Below, one piece after another: positions 14,059-24,122 of a stretch of DNA of 36,114 nucleotides (position 1 is the stretch's first letter; each line of letters starts with the position of its first letter). The translations under genes were made by a program, and so were the position numbers. Source of the stretch: a virus (lineage: Duplodnaviria; Caudoviricetes); the IMG/VR virus record IMGVR_UViG_3300033406_000024, positions 1-36,114 of that record; one strand, written 5' to 3'. The notes under the pieces are model-generated. The model had not been told where the DNA came from, did no database searches, and worked only from the letters and a program-made list of their open reading frames with translations.

Positions 14059-15504
14059 ATGGTTAACTTGGAAGAATATTTTAATGATGTGGCTGAATTG
14101 GACTTATCCAATAATCCGCTGGCATGGGTTAAGTATGCTTTTGCATGGGGACAAGGCGAGTTGGCTGAATTTGATGGTCCGGACGAATGGCAGATAGACA
14201 TCCTTAATACCGTGGCAGATAGGCTAAAAGCTGGTGACGATATCGACGATGTTATCAGAATCGCAGTGGCCAGCGGCCATGGAATTGGCAAATCTGCTTT
14301 GGTTTCGTGGCTGATATTGTGGGCTATGACAACCTTTGAGGACTGCAAGGGCGTTGTTACTGCCAATACAGACAATCAGCTTCGTACTAAGACATGGGCC
14401 GAACTGTCTAAATGGTATCGGCTCTGCCTTGTCAAAGACATGCTATCAATTACTGCGACAAAGCTATCCAGCGCTGATTCTAAGCACGACAACACCTGGA
14501 AAGTTGATATGATTCCGTGGTCGAAAGAGAAACCGGAGGCGTTTGCTGGTCTGCACAATAAAGGCAAGCGCATTTTAATTATATTCGACGAAGCCAGCGC
14601 TATCGCGGATATGATATGGGAAGTAACCGAGGGCGCGCTGACTGATGAACACACACAGATCATGTGGTTTGCGTTCGGCAATCCGACCAGAAATACTGGC
14701 CGATTTAGAGAGTGTTTTGGCAAGTTTAGAAAACGGTGGGTTACTAAGCAGATCGACAGTCGGTCGGCCAAAATGACCAACAAAAAAGAGATTGACCAGT
14801 GGATAGAAGATTACGGCATAGACAGCGACTTTGTAAAGGTTCGTATTCGCGGGATGTTTCCAAACATGTCGGCACGCCAGTTCATCAGTATTGAGGACGT
14901 TGACAAGGCGTTTGGCAAGATATTACGCGATGAACAGTATAATTTTTCACCTAAGATCATTACCTGTGACCCGGCGTGGGAAGGTGATGACGAATTAGTC
15001 ATAGCCAAGCGGCAGGGACTGGCGTTCTCGATATTACGTGTCATCCCAAAAAATGACAATGATGTGCAGGTTGCTAATATTCTCGCTAACTTAGAGGATG
15101 AATACAAGGCCGATGCGGTTATTCTTGATGCTGGATTCGGTACTGGGATTGCATCAGCAGGGCAGACGATGGGCCGACGATGGCACTTGATATGGTTCTC
15201 TGGCGAATCCCCGGATGCTGGTTGTCTCAACATGAGGGCGTATATGTGGAAACAAATGCGTGATTGGCTAAAACAAGGGGGCGCAATACCAAAGGACCAA
15301 CAGCTTTATGATGACCTGATCGGGCCAGAAATAGTGGCGCGGCTGGACGGAAAGTTGCAGATTGAAGCTAAAAAAGATATGAAAAAGAGAGGGCTACCAT
15401 CGCCGAACAAGGCTGATGCGCTGGCTCTCTCTTTCTCTGTGCCGGTAAGGGTTAATAGACCACGGCAAGCAGTATCCAGATACGACCCATTCAAAATAAG
15501 GTAA
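14059..15504 (+). CDS. terL: Terminase large subunit
   Basis: ASGHGIGKS Walker A, FAGLHN, IIFDEAS Walker B, GNP motif, C-terminal nuclease SPNKADAL. Confidence 0.95.
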   Translation: MVNLEEYFNDVAELDLSNNPLAWVKYAFAWGQGELAEFDGPDEWQIDILNTVADRLKAGDDIDDVIRIAVASGHGIGKSALVSWLILWAMTTFEDCKGVVTANTDNQLRTKTWAELSKWYRLCLVKDMLSITATKLSSADSKHDNTWKVDMIPWSKEKPEAFAGLHNKGKRILIIFDEASAIADMIWEVTEGALTDEHTQIMWFAFGNPTRNTGRFRECFGKFRKRWVTKQIDSRSAKMTNKKEIDQWIEDYGIDSDFVKVRIRGMFPNMSARQFISIEDVDKAFGKILRDEQYNFSPKIITCDPAWEGDDELVIAKRQGLAFSILRVIPKNDNDVQVANILANLEDEYKADAVILDAGFGTGIASAGQTMGRRWHLIWFSGESPDAGCLNMRAYMWKQMRDWLKQGGAIPKDQQLYDDLIGPEIVARLDGKLQIEAKKDMKKRGLPSPNKADALALSFSVPVRVNRPRQAVSRYDPFKIR

Positions 15505-15513
15505 GGTGACCAT

Positions 15514-15657
15514 ATGAACGACTTAATTAATATAGCCGGAGGATTCGCGGTTGGGTGTGCGTATGGCGCTATTCTAACCGCTTATTTGTGTTTCCAAGTG
15601 CTACTAAAAAGGCGGCGAACCCAAAAAAGGAGGTATAAGAATGTGTGGACTATTTAA
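15514..15657 (+). CDS. Single-TM basic micropeptide, 47 aa
   Basis: MNDLINIAGGFAVGCAYGAILTAYLCFQVLLKRRR...; AAGGTG RBS. Confidence 0.45.
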   Translation: MNDLINIAGGFAVGCAYGAILTAYLCFQVLLKRRRTQKRRYKNVWTI

Positions 15658-15841
15658 GACACCGAGTATAAATACAAGCACGACGACGGTATCAAAGGCT
15701 GACACCACAAGTGCGGCTGATACGGCAGCAGAACAATTAGAGAAGCAGAAAAAGAGACAAGGGTTTCAGTCAACCATAGCCACTAGCGGTCAGGGCGTAA
15801 CATCAGCGGCGAATACTCTAAAGACACAGCTTGGAAGTTAG
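15641..15841 (+). CDS. Small virion protein before portal (T7 gp6.7/7.3 position)
   Basis: MCG start; RQGFQSTIATSGQG...KTQLG pattern. Confidence 0.75.
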   Translation: MCGLFKTPSINTSTTTVSKADTTSAADTAAEQLEKQKKRQGFQSTIATSGQGVTSAANTLKTQLGS

Positions 15842-15843
15842 TT

Positions 15844-17544
15844 ATGGACGATAAGAAACAGAAAGCAATTAAATATTATAATGCCAAATTAGCCAGACTG
15901 AAAAAGATTCGTACAAGCTATGAGTCAACCTGGGCAGATATACTCGACAACATTGCACCTGATTTAAAAGGATATTTGAATACCGAAAATAACGATCGTG
16001 GCGAGAGAGAAGATCAGCTAATATATGACACAGCGCCTACTGACTATTGGCAGAAATGCGCGGCAGGGTTATTTGCAAGCATATCTTCACCGTCAAGGCC
16101 ATGGGCGCAACGCACTATGGCTAACGATGAAGACAATGAGATACCTGGGATTAGGGCGTGGCTTGATGATGTAACCGCTAAAGATCGTAGTATCTATCAT
16201 CAATCTAACTTCTATCGTGGCGCATTCAGTATGTATGCTCAGTTATCAGCCGTAGGCGTTGCAGTAAAGATATTCGAACCTGACTACGATAATATTATTC
16301 ACTGCACTGTCCTAAATGTTGGCGAATATTGGCTAGGCATCAACGGCAAGGGCTTGGTTGATACGCTGTTTAGAGAGATCACCTACTCAGCAGGTAAACT
16401 ACAGGAGTTATTTGGCGAGGAAAACCTGCCAGTCTCTGTCAGAGAGAGCATTACTGACACTAATCCAGACGGTAGCGACTACAAGGTTATACACGTCATT
16501 GCGCCTGACACGCAGAAACTAGCGCCGTTTAAGAAACCTTGGGTTAGCATGTACTACATGAACGACAAGTTCGGCGACAAGCAGATAATAGACATCAAGG
16601 GGTATAAACAGAAACCGTTTGCCGCTCCGCGCTGGTACGCCAACAATAATGAAACATACGCTAAGATGTACCCAGGCAGGAACGCTCTTGGCAATTGTAA
16701 GCAGCTACAGAAAATGATATATGACTTCATGTGCGCTCTTGAATTAGAAGTACGGCCGCCAATGCAAGGGCCGCCAATGGCTGGCGACTTCCAAGGGTTG
16801 ATTAGTGCAATACCAGGAGCATACAACGCCATAGCAAGCGGAACGCCTGACGCTACTATCAAGAGGTTGTTCGAGACTAATCCGCAATTTGAGGTACTTT
16901 GGCAAGCAATAGCTGATAAAAAACAGCAAATAGAATCTCAGTTCTATAATGACCTGTTCATGCCGATTATGTCTAACATTGAAAAGGAAATGACCGCTAC
17001 CGAGGTCAACCAGATCAGCGGCGAGAAAATGGTTGCGCTTGGCGCGGCCTTGGAGAATTTTCACACTGAATACCTCAATGTAGCACAAGATATTCTATTT
17101 AGTTATGCGACTGAAGCTGGCGTATATCCTAACATTGGCGATTACGTTGCCGAAGATGATTGGCGCAAACTACAAGGGCAGGACATTAAGACTGAATATG
17201 TAAGCATCTTGGCTCAGGCACAGAAATACACCGATGCTAGTAAGATAACCTCAACGCTACAATTAGCTGGGATGTGCGGCCAATTAGACCCAACAGGCCA
17301 ATGCTTGCAGAAACTTGACCTAGCAGAAACGATTGCAGAGGGTGCTAAATTGTATGGCGCTCCTGGCAAAATGATTAGATCAGATGAACAGTTACAGAAA
17401 ATGGCAGAAGCACAACAACAGCAGGAACAAATGCAGCAGATGATGCAGGGAGCCAGCACGGCGGCAGATGTAGCGCAAAAGGCCGGAAGTATACCGATGG
17501 ACACTGATAATGCTCTTACTCGCATGTTAGGGGTGCAATCATGA
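15844..17544 (+). CDS. Portal / head-tail connector (T7 gp8, BPP-1 type)
   Basis: SPSRPW, PRW, MTATEV, EYVSILAQAQK motifs; Q-rich tail. Confidence 0.93.
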   Translation: MDDKKQKAIKYYNAKLARLKKIRTSYESTWADILDNIAPDLKGYLNTENNDRGEREDQLIYDTAPTDYWQKCAAGLFASISSPSRPWAQRTMANDEDNEIPGIRAWLDDVTAKDRSIYHQSNFYRGAFSMYAQLSAVGVAVKIFEPDYDNIIHCTVLNVGEYWLGINGKGLVDTLFREITYSAGKLQELFGEENLPVSVRESITDTNPDGSDYKVIHVIAPDTQKLAPFKKPWVSMYYMNDKFGDKQIIDIKGYKQKPFAAPRWYANNNETYAKMYPGRNALGNCKQLQKMIYDFMCALELEVRPPMQGPPMAGDFQGLISAIPGAYNAIASGTPDATIKRLFETNPQFEVLWQAIADKKQQIESQFYNDLFMPIMSNIEKEMTATEVNQISGEKMVALGAALENFHTEYLNVAQDILFSYATEAGVYPNIGDYVAEDDWRKLQGQDIKTEYVSILAQAQKYTDASKITSTLQLAGMCGQLDPTGQCLQKLDLAETIAEGAKLYGAPGKMIRSDEQLQKMAEAQQQQEQMQQMMQGASTAADVAQKAGSIPMDTDNALTRMLGVQS

Positions 17545-17846
17545 ACGATTTAAAAACAATGTACGCAGGGCAGAGAGAAGTCGACAAAAAAATTAAACTC
17601 AATAAGCTAAAGCATGAACATATTATTAATACCGTAATGGAATCACAAGAGGGCCGGGATTTTGTTAAATATATCCTATGGTTATTAAAATTTCATCAGC
17701 CAAACAGCGAAAACTCAGCTAACGTATACAAGACAGCGGCATTGCAGAATGCGGCTATTTTTATTTATGAGGATATTTATTCGATTAACCCTGACCTATG
17801 CGAAAAAATGATGAGGGAGGCTAGAAACAATGACATTAAGCCGTAA
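17541..17846 (+). CDS. Bbp19-like head-module protein
   Basis: VMESQEGRDFV motif; position after portal. Confidence 0.65.
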   Translation: MNDLKTMYAGQREVDKKIKLNKLKHEHIINTVMESQEGRDFVKYILWLLKFHQPNSENSANVYKTAALQNAAIFIYEDIYSINPDLCEKMMREARNNDIKP

Positions 17847-18123
17847 TAAATACGTTGTTACCCCGCTTGCGGTGATATTAGGTAGCGGTGGAACGTTGTC
17901 TAATGCGGATGGTAATGCTACTATCTCAGGCTATGTGGTCACGACAACAGACAGTTTTACGCAAATACGGCTATATAACTACGGTTCGTCGGCAGGAACA
18001 ATAACGGTCAATGGATTTGCATTCCCTGTTCAATCAGGAGAATCGTTCGAAATTGACTTTGAACCCACTACGACAATCACGATTAGCATAGCCGGGAATT
18101 TTTCGTCTGTGCTGTTAGCTTAA
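17830..18123 (+). CDS. Small beta-rich hypothetical (possible virion) protein
   Basis: Thr/Ser/Gly-rich, GGGAGG RBS. Confidence 0.65.
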   Translation: MTLSRNKYVVTPLAVILGSGGTLSNADGNATISGYVVTTTDSFTQIRLYNYGSSAGTITVNGFAFPVQSGESFEIDFEPTTTITISIAGNFSSVLLA

Positions 18124-18143
18124 GGTAAAGGTGGTAAAAAGAA

Positions 18144-18425
18144 ATGATACCTGACAAAGTTAAAATTGAAGGACACACATATACGGTTAATTTTGCAAAA
18201 GTACTGCTTAATGATGGCGTGAAAGGGCAATCTTGCAATAATGGGTTATGGATAACGATTGATCCAGCACTTCCAAAGCAAAATCAAGAAAGCACCTTTC
18301 TACACGAACTTGGAGAACAAATTTGCGATTTAAATGATATTACCCTTGAACATCAAACATTAACTACTATCTTTAGGGTTCTATATCAAGTGCTAAAAGA
18401 TAATAAGATTACTTTTGAAGGTTAA
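18144..18425 (+). CDS. Phage metallopeptidase-like protein with HExxE
   Basis: IPDKVKI.G..Y.V...I.ID......STFLHELGE. Confidence 0.65.
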   Translation: MIPDKVKIEGHTYTVNFAKVLLNDGVKGQSCNNGLWITIDPALPKQNQESTFLHELGEQICDLNDITLEHQTLTTIFRVLYQVLKDNKITFEG

Positions 18426-18441
18426 TACCTTCTATTTTTTT
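18417..18441 (+). terminator. Probable terminator
   Basis: GAAGGT-TAAT-ACCTTC then TATTTTTTT. Confidence 0.55.
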
Positions 18442-18466
18442 ATATCAAAATTGAGGAGTGATAACA

Positions 18467-19126
18467 ATGGCGCAGGATAACACCCTAGCCTTTGACCTGC
18501 AACTATTTGCAGAGGAAACGACAGAACCAGAAGTGATAACAGAACCAACCGAAGTCACAGAAACAACAGGGCAAGAAGCTACTACTAAAGCGGAAGAAGG
18601 AGCACAGTCTGGCGACGATAGCAAACCGACAGAAACTAGTAGCGGCGAGGACTTGCTTGCTGATTATAATCCTACCTTGCCAGAAGGATTTACCATTAAT
18701 GATGATTTGATGAAAGAGTTTATACCAGCTGCTAAAGAGTTAGGCCTTAATCCAAAACAGGCTGATACGTTAGTAGGCATTGGCTCTAAGGTAGCACAAG
18801 TCACTGCGGAGAAGGTGATAGCTGATATTAAACAGCAGTGTGAAAATGGATACTCAGGTTTTTTAGAGACAATGAAAGGCTCTGAAAAGGATATAGGTAA
18901 CGCCAATGCACTGATTGAGCATTACGGCGGTAAAGAGGCAAAAGAAGGTTTACATGCGGCTATGACAGCGTTATCAGGATTCGCGCCTGATTCTGTCAAG
19001 CCGTTTTTTAATGCCCTTTTAAAGATGGGCAAGGACTTTGCTGACCCAGAAATGCACCTAGGGCAGCCTGCACCACAAGAAGCAGAGCGCTATCCGGGTG
19101 CGCCGCAAGGACTAAAATTTAGATAG
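18467..19126 (+). CDS. Capsid scaffold / assembly protein
   Basis: Acidic low-complexity N-terminus, LPEG...AKELGL..KQA pattern; immediately upstream of capsid. Confidence 0.8.
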   Translation: MAQDNTLAFDLQLFAEETTEPEVITEPTEVTETTGQEATTKAEEGAQSGDDSKPTETSSGEDLLADYNPTLPEGFTINDDLMKEFIPAAKELGLNPKQADTLVGIGSKVAQVTAEKVIADIKQQCENGYSGFLETMKGSEKDIGNANALIEHYGGKEAKEGLHAAMTALSGFAPDSVKPFFNALLKMGKDFADPEMHLGQPAPQEAERYPGAPQGLKFR

Positions 19127-19137
19127 GAGGACATTAA

Positions 19138-20148
19138 ATGTCTACTTTAGGATCAGATGTAATCACAACCGCTGAGCTTAGATCGTCGATCAAACAAAAT
19201 GGCGGCGATGCTACAGTCTATGAAATTTTGGAAAAAAATTCTTATGTTGTTCAGCAAGGTCGCTGGGTTGAGGGCAGTTTACCTAACGGAAACGAAGCTT
19301 TCTATCAAGCGACCACTGCTACTGCAACGAAACGCGACTATGAACGTGGGGTTGCTAAAAGCAAAACAAACGAAATTACAACAATCGATTTGTCCATGCA
19401 ATACGCCGCTAATATTGAAGTGGATATATCGAAATTAGAGACCAGACCTAACCCACAGGCATACTTGCAACGGCAGGAACACCGACAGATTGTCGCGATG
19501 AATACGGATTTCGAAGATTCATTTTTTAATGGAGACCCTACCACTGACGTTAGAGATATTAAAGGTCTGGCTAGTAGATTAAGTTCTATCAGTAGCACGT
19601 ATGGCAAGCCTGGTTATCAGGTGTGGGATGCCGGAGGTTCTTCCAATCTTACTAGTTTGTATTTGGTAGGCTGGGGAAACGGCGGAGTTGTGTTGTTTTA
19701 TCCTCTTGGGTCAAACCAGGGCATTTCCCGTATTGTTAAACCCCAAGAACGTGTTACCGATGCTGACGGGTATGTGTACTATGCGTACTGCGTTTACAAT
19801 AATTGGAAGGTTGGTATGAGTGTTGACGACCATCACGCTGGACTGTTGAGGGTAGCAAATATATCTATTTCTGATTTAGAAACATTCGGTACGGCTGACG
19901 ATACTTCGCCTGATTTAGTAGGTATCACCATGAGAGCATTGGAGCGCGTTAAAATCGATCCAAGCCTCAATTATTGCTGGTATGGAACCGAGGCGGTTAT
20001 TGGTCATCTTAAAAACCAATGTATCCATACCCCTAATGTTAATTTAAACCTAGAGACATTGCAGGGCGGATTCCAGACTGTACGTCTTGGCGGTATCCCT
20101 GTTTATAAATCGTATCAAATTTCAAGTTCAGAAACGGAGGTGAGCTAA
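19138..20148 (+). CDS. Major capsid protein (BPP-1/epsilon15-like)
   Basis: 336 aa; FFNGD...GLASR, DAGG..LTSLYLVGWG...YP, RVANI, GIPV motifs. Confidence 0.88.
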   Translation: MSTLGSDVITTAELRSSIKQNGGDATVYEILEKNSYVVQQGRWVEGSLPNGNEAFYQATTATATKRDYERGVAKSKTNEITTIDLSMQYAANIEVDISKLETRPNPQAYLQRQEHRQIVAMNTDFEDSFFNGDPTTDVRDIKGLASRLSSISSTYGKPGYQVWDAGGSSNLTSLYLVGWGNGGVVLFYPLGSNQGISRIVKPQERVTDADGYVYYAYCVYNNWKVGMSVDDHHAGLLRVANISISDLETFGTADDTSPDLVGITMRALERVKIDPSLNYCWYGTEAVIGHLKNQCIHTPNVNLNLETLQGGFQTVRLGGIPVYKSYQISSSETEVS

Positions 20149-20544
20149 TTGGCTATTTTAGATGGCGACAATATTTTTGGCGAAGCTGTTGCCAATACAG
20201 CTATTGGAACATATACGACCGATATTATAGACTTAGGCGCAGACCATGTTGGATATAACCAAAAGGTTATTATCAATGTTACTACGGCTTTTGCAACGTC
20301 TGCATCCGGGACTGTAACCTTCAATATATTAACTTCTGATTCATCTTCTATGAGTTCTACCACAACGCTATGGACCAGCGGAGCAATTGCGGCGGCTTCA
20401 CTAACAGCTGGAACAGTTTATGAATTTACTCTTCCATGGAAAGTTCTACAGTATCTAGAAGTGCAGCAGGTTATTGCTACAGGCGCGTTAACTAACGGTA
20501 AATTCACCGCTTATATTGATAGTTGCACCTCACACAACCTATAA
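20149..20544 (+). CDS. Bbp16-like capsid cement protein
   Basis: ILD...F...DIIDLG...QYL...GKFTAYI jelly-roll pattern directly after capsid. Confidence 0.75.
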   Translation: MAILDGDNIFGEAVANTAIGTYTTDIIDLGADHVGYNQKVIINVTTAFATSASGTVTFNILTSDSSSMSSTTTLWTSGAIAAASLTAGTVYEFTLPWKVLQYLEVQQVIATGALTNGKFTAYIDSCTSHNL

Positions 20545-20557
20545 AGGGGGTGATTAA

Positions 20558-21031
20558 GTGGGGTTAAAATCAAATGCAGGTATTAGGCAAATGGCAATAT
20601 ACTTGCAAAACGCAATCAGCGGATATGTCACTCTAACCGGTACTCAAACACTGACCAATAAAACATTGACATCGCCTGCTATTACAGGGGCAACTATAAC
20701 TGGTGGCACATCGTCAGCTAAATTAACGTGTACGGCTTATACGGCAGCAGGTGCTATTACTTATACGAGCGGTAGCAATGTGGCTGTAATAGCTGGTACG
20801 GCGGCAATAGCAATGACTCTATCAGCACCTACTACCACTTATAACGGCACGGAGATCACTATTACCAATACTACCGCTTTCGCTCATACGGTAACAGGCA
20901 CATTCTATAACGGCACATCAGCCGCTAAAACCACTCTGACTTTCCCTGCTTATATTGGGGCAAGCATCCGGCTCGTGTCTTATGGAACGTACTGGATTAT
21001 ATTGGGGACTAACAACGTAACATTGGCTTAG
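20558..21031 (+). CDS. Thr/Ala-rich virion protein (head fibre/decoration)
   Basis: TQTLTNKTLTSP fibre motif. Confidence 0.65.
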   Translation: MGLKSNAGIRQMAIYLQNAISGYVTLTGTQTLTNKTLTSPAITGATITGGTSSAKLTCTAYTAAGAITYTSGSNVAVIAGTAAIAMTLSAPTTTYNGTEITITNTTAFAHTVTGTFYNGTSAAKTTLTFPAYIGASIRLVSYGTYWIILGTNNVTLA

Positions 21032-21036
21032 TAATG

Positions 21037-21066
21037 GGGAGGGTAAAACCTCCCTATCCTCATTTT
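21037..21066 (+). terminator. Hairpin after capsid genes, possible terminator
   Basis: GGGAGG-GTAAAA-CCTCCC; weak U tract. Confidence 0.4.
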
Positions 21067-21076
21067 AGGAGGCAAT

Positions 21077-21691
21077 ATGAACAGACTTGATGTTTGCAAT
21101 CTAGCTCTTATGTATATAGGCGTAACTCGCCCAGTACAATCCTTCTCAGAAAACTCCACAGAGGCGCAATTGTGCAACCGTGTTTATGATACAGCCAAAG
21201 AAATAGTTTTAAAGGCATTTGCATGGGAATTTAGTAAAATCACAGCCGCATTGACTGTGACTACTGAAACCAGCAATAAATTTGAATATGTATATGAATA
21301 CCCTGACGATTGTATCAGGATTTTATCTATAAGTGATTCATCCGGGATAGGTGTAGACCAGCAACCTTTTGAAGTATCGTCAATTGTAACTGATTCGCTA
21401 CCTTATAAGCGTATTCTTACCAATGTTAAGAGTGCTTATGCAGAATATATCCTCAATGTATATGAAGAAGCATTACCCGGTGAGTTTCTGGACGCTCTGG
21501 CCTGGAAGGTAGCGACAATGATCGGCACAGGGCTTAGCAAAACTCCACAGACAATACAATTCGCCAATCAGATGTATGAAATTTCATTAAGCAAAGCACA
21601 AAAGGCCAGCATGTATGAGAAACCCCAAACCATAATCAATAGACCTTCGTATCTGGCATCGCGGGGAGGCTGGTTACATGGCAAGTTCTAA
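21077..21691 (+). CDS. Tail adaptor (tail tubular protein A, T7 gp11-like)
   Basis: DVCNLAL..IG...EA.LC...Y...W.F...YEYPDDC...FLDALAW. Confidence 0.85.
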   Translation: MNRLDVCNLALMYIGVTRPVQSFSENSTEAQLCNRVYDTAKEIVLKAFAWEFSKITAALTVTTETSNKFEYVYEYPDDCIRILSISDSSGIGVDQQPFEVSSIVTDSLPYKRILTNVKSAYAEYILNVYEEALPGEFLDALAWKVATMIGTGLSKTPQTIQFANQMYEISLSKAQKASMYEKPQTIINRPSYLASRGGWLHGKF

Positions 21692-24122
21692 AATGCAACC
21701 TAGTTTTGCTGGCGGCGAATTTGCTCCTTCTATGCGGCGTAGGGTAGACTTCGCTAAATATCAAGTAGCAGCAGACACCATGGAAAATTTAATTGTGCTA
21801 CCGCAAGGTGGGTTCCAGGCGCGAACAGGCACACAGTACATATATTCCACCAAAACGGCGGCAAATAAAGCGAGGTTAGTACCTTTTTCCTTTTCTATTA
21901 CTCAGGCTTACATACTTGAATTTGGCGATTATTATATGAGGGTTATTAAGGACGGTGGCCTTGTAGAGAAGACTACAAGCGATACCAGCGCATGGGCAAC
22001 GTCTACGGCTTATGCTATTAGTGATTTTGTAGTAGAGTCAAGCCTTGTTTACAGGTGCATAGTGGCGCATACTTCATCATCAACCACTGAACCAGGAACA
22101 GGGACGGATTGGGCAACATATTGGGTACAAAATTCAATATATGAATTATATTTACCGTTTTCAATAGATGAAATATGGAATTTGAAGTTTGAACAATCGG
22201 CAGATACCTTGATAGTTACCAATCCTTCTTATCAGCGAAGACTAATAACCAGAACAGGCCACGCTGTATGGACAATAAGTACAGCAACGGAAACTAAATC
22301 ACCACTAATGACCGAGAACACCACAACAACTACCCTGACGTTGTCTAATTCAAGTAGCGATACTTGGTTATATAAGGATGCTTCAGTGACGGTTACGGCT
22401 TCATCTGCCGTATTTGATTCGTCACACGTAGGTTCGGTATGGGGAATTAGATACAGGGCGTATGCGGCTAATTACAGTGGTACGTTACCATTATCAACCG
22501 ACTATACAAGTGATTCATATAGAACTATAGGGGATTGGACTTGTACTATTAAACCTGATTCGTCAGCACAATTAGATAGCGTTCCTGTCTATATTGAAAA
22601 GTCTATTGATGAAGGAAGTACGTGGTTTAAACTCAATACAGTTTTATATCAGTCCGGCGATACTTCTGTTACGCAGATCACTGGTTCAGAAGACGATGAA
22701 TGCCTACTAAGGGTTACTCACGCCTCTACTTCTGCCGACTATGGCACATATACCTTTGAAGTAACCGGGACTCAGATGTGGTGCTATTTCAAGATCACAG
22801 CATACACTTCTTCCACTGTAGTTACGGCTACATTACAGACCAACTTTAACAAAGGTGGATCCGCTTATAAATCATGGGCAGAGGGTTGCTGGTCGGATTA
22901 TCGCGGCTGGCCTCGGTGCGGAACATTTTTCCAGAACCGATGGATAGCCGGAGGAAATTCATACGGCCCTAATAGTTATTGGGCCAGCACTGTTGATGAT
23001 TATTACGAGAATGTTGTCTCAATAGATCAGGTAGAAGACGAATCAATCAATGATCGGCTCCCTTCAAGGGAAGTAAACGCCATAGAATGGTTAGTCCCGA
23101 CCCAAGATTTAGTAGTATTAACGTCTGATAGCGAATGGACTATAAGCCCATCGTCAACATCAGGCGTTTTTTCATACAAAGAAAAGATCGTACACCAAAG
23201 AACAGCAACCGGCGCAAGTTCTAATTGCAAACCTGTTATAATCGGCGACTCTGTAGTATATCTCAAACGATGCTCCAATAAAGTCCAGGGGCTTAGTTAT
23301 ACTGATGCTAACGGCTATGGTTCAACTGAATTATCAGTTTTGGCTGACCACTTATTTACTGGCTATACAATAACAGACTGGGCTTATCAGCAGAATCCCA
23401 ACAGCATCTTATGGTGTGTTAGATCAGATGGGGCCTTGTTATCATTCACCTACATGAAAGAACAAGACGTTTGGGCCTGGACTCACCACGTAACGGATGG
23501 CAGTTTCGAGTCTGTAGCCTGTATCCCTGGCGATACGCAGGACGATGTATATTTTATTGTTAATCGAACCGTTAATGGTTCTACTGTTCGCTATATAGAA
23601 ATGCTTGCAGAGCGTGATGTAACCGATGAAACAACCTATATCGGTCTTGATTGTTCAGCAACCGCAACTCGAACAACCGCATCAACTTCAATTACTGAGA
23701 TTGATTGGTTGATCGGTAAGTCAGTAAAGGTAATTGCTGATGGCGTAGACATTGGCTATAAAACGGTTTCTAGTACCGGGACAATCACCTTAGACAAAGA
23801 GGCTACAACCGTTACCGTTGGACTTGATTTTACCTGGCTGTTCAAATCATTGTCTATTGATTCCGGCATAGATCGTAAAAAAATTATTAACTCTGTTACG
23901 GTATCTGTTATAGATTCCAAGGGCGGTATGGCAGCGGCCGGTGAAGATTACGACTTTAAATCGCTACCATACAAAGAAACAGGTTTCTCTACTGAGGATT
24001 TAGTTGACGTTAATTTGAACGCCTCTTATGAAGATGATGGTCGAGTTGTACTGAAAGGGTCGGGAGCATCGCCGTTCTGGTGTATTGCGATAACTCCGAA
24101 GGTGACTAGCGGTGGAAATTAG
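21678..24122 (+). CDS. Tail nozzle (tail tubular protein B, T7 gp12-like)
   Basis: QPSFAGGE..P, RLVPF.FS, GWP...FFQNR, YQQNP.SILWCVR.DG motifs; 814 aa. Confidence 0.9.
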   Translation: MASSKMQPSFAGGEFAPSMRRRVDFAKYQVAADTMENLIVLPQGGFQARTGTQYIYSTKTAANKARLVPFSFSITQAYILEFGDYYMRVIKDGGLVEKTTSDTSAWATSTAYAISDFVVESSLVYRCIVAHTSSSTTEPGTGTDWATYWVQNSIYELYLPFSIDEIWNLKFEQSADTLIVTNPSYQRRLITRTGHAVWTISTATETKSPLMTENTTTTTLTLSNSSSDTWLYKDASVTVTASSAVFDSSHVGSVWGIRYRAYAANYSGTLPLSTDYTSDSYRTIGDWTCTIKPDSSAQLDSVPVYIEKSIDEGSTWFKLNTVLYQSGDTSVTQITGSEDDECLLRVTHASTSADYGTYTFEVTGTQMWCYFKITAYTSSTVVTATLQTNFNKGGSAYKSWAEGCWSDYRGWPRCGTFFQNRWIAGGNSYGPNSYWASTVDDYYENVVSIDQVEDESINDRLPSREVNAIEWLVPTQDLVVLTSDSEWTISPSSTSGVFSYKEKIVHQRTATGASSNCKPVIIGDSVVYLKRCSNKVQGLSYTDANGYGSTELSVLADHLFTGYTITDWAYQQNPNSILWCVRSDGALLSFTYMKEQDVWAWTHHVTDGSFESVACIPGDTQDDVYFIVNRTVNGSTVRYIEMLAERDVTDETTYIGLDCSATATRTTASTSITEIDWLIGKSVKVIADGVDIGYKTVSSTGTITLDKEATTVTVGLDFTWLFKSLSIDSGIDRKKIINSVTVSVIDSKGGMAAAGEDYDFKSLPYKETGFSTEDLVDVNLNASYEDDGRVVLKGSGASPFWCIAITPKVTSGGN

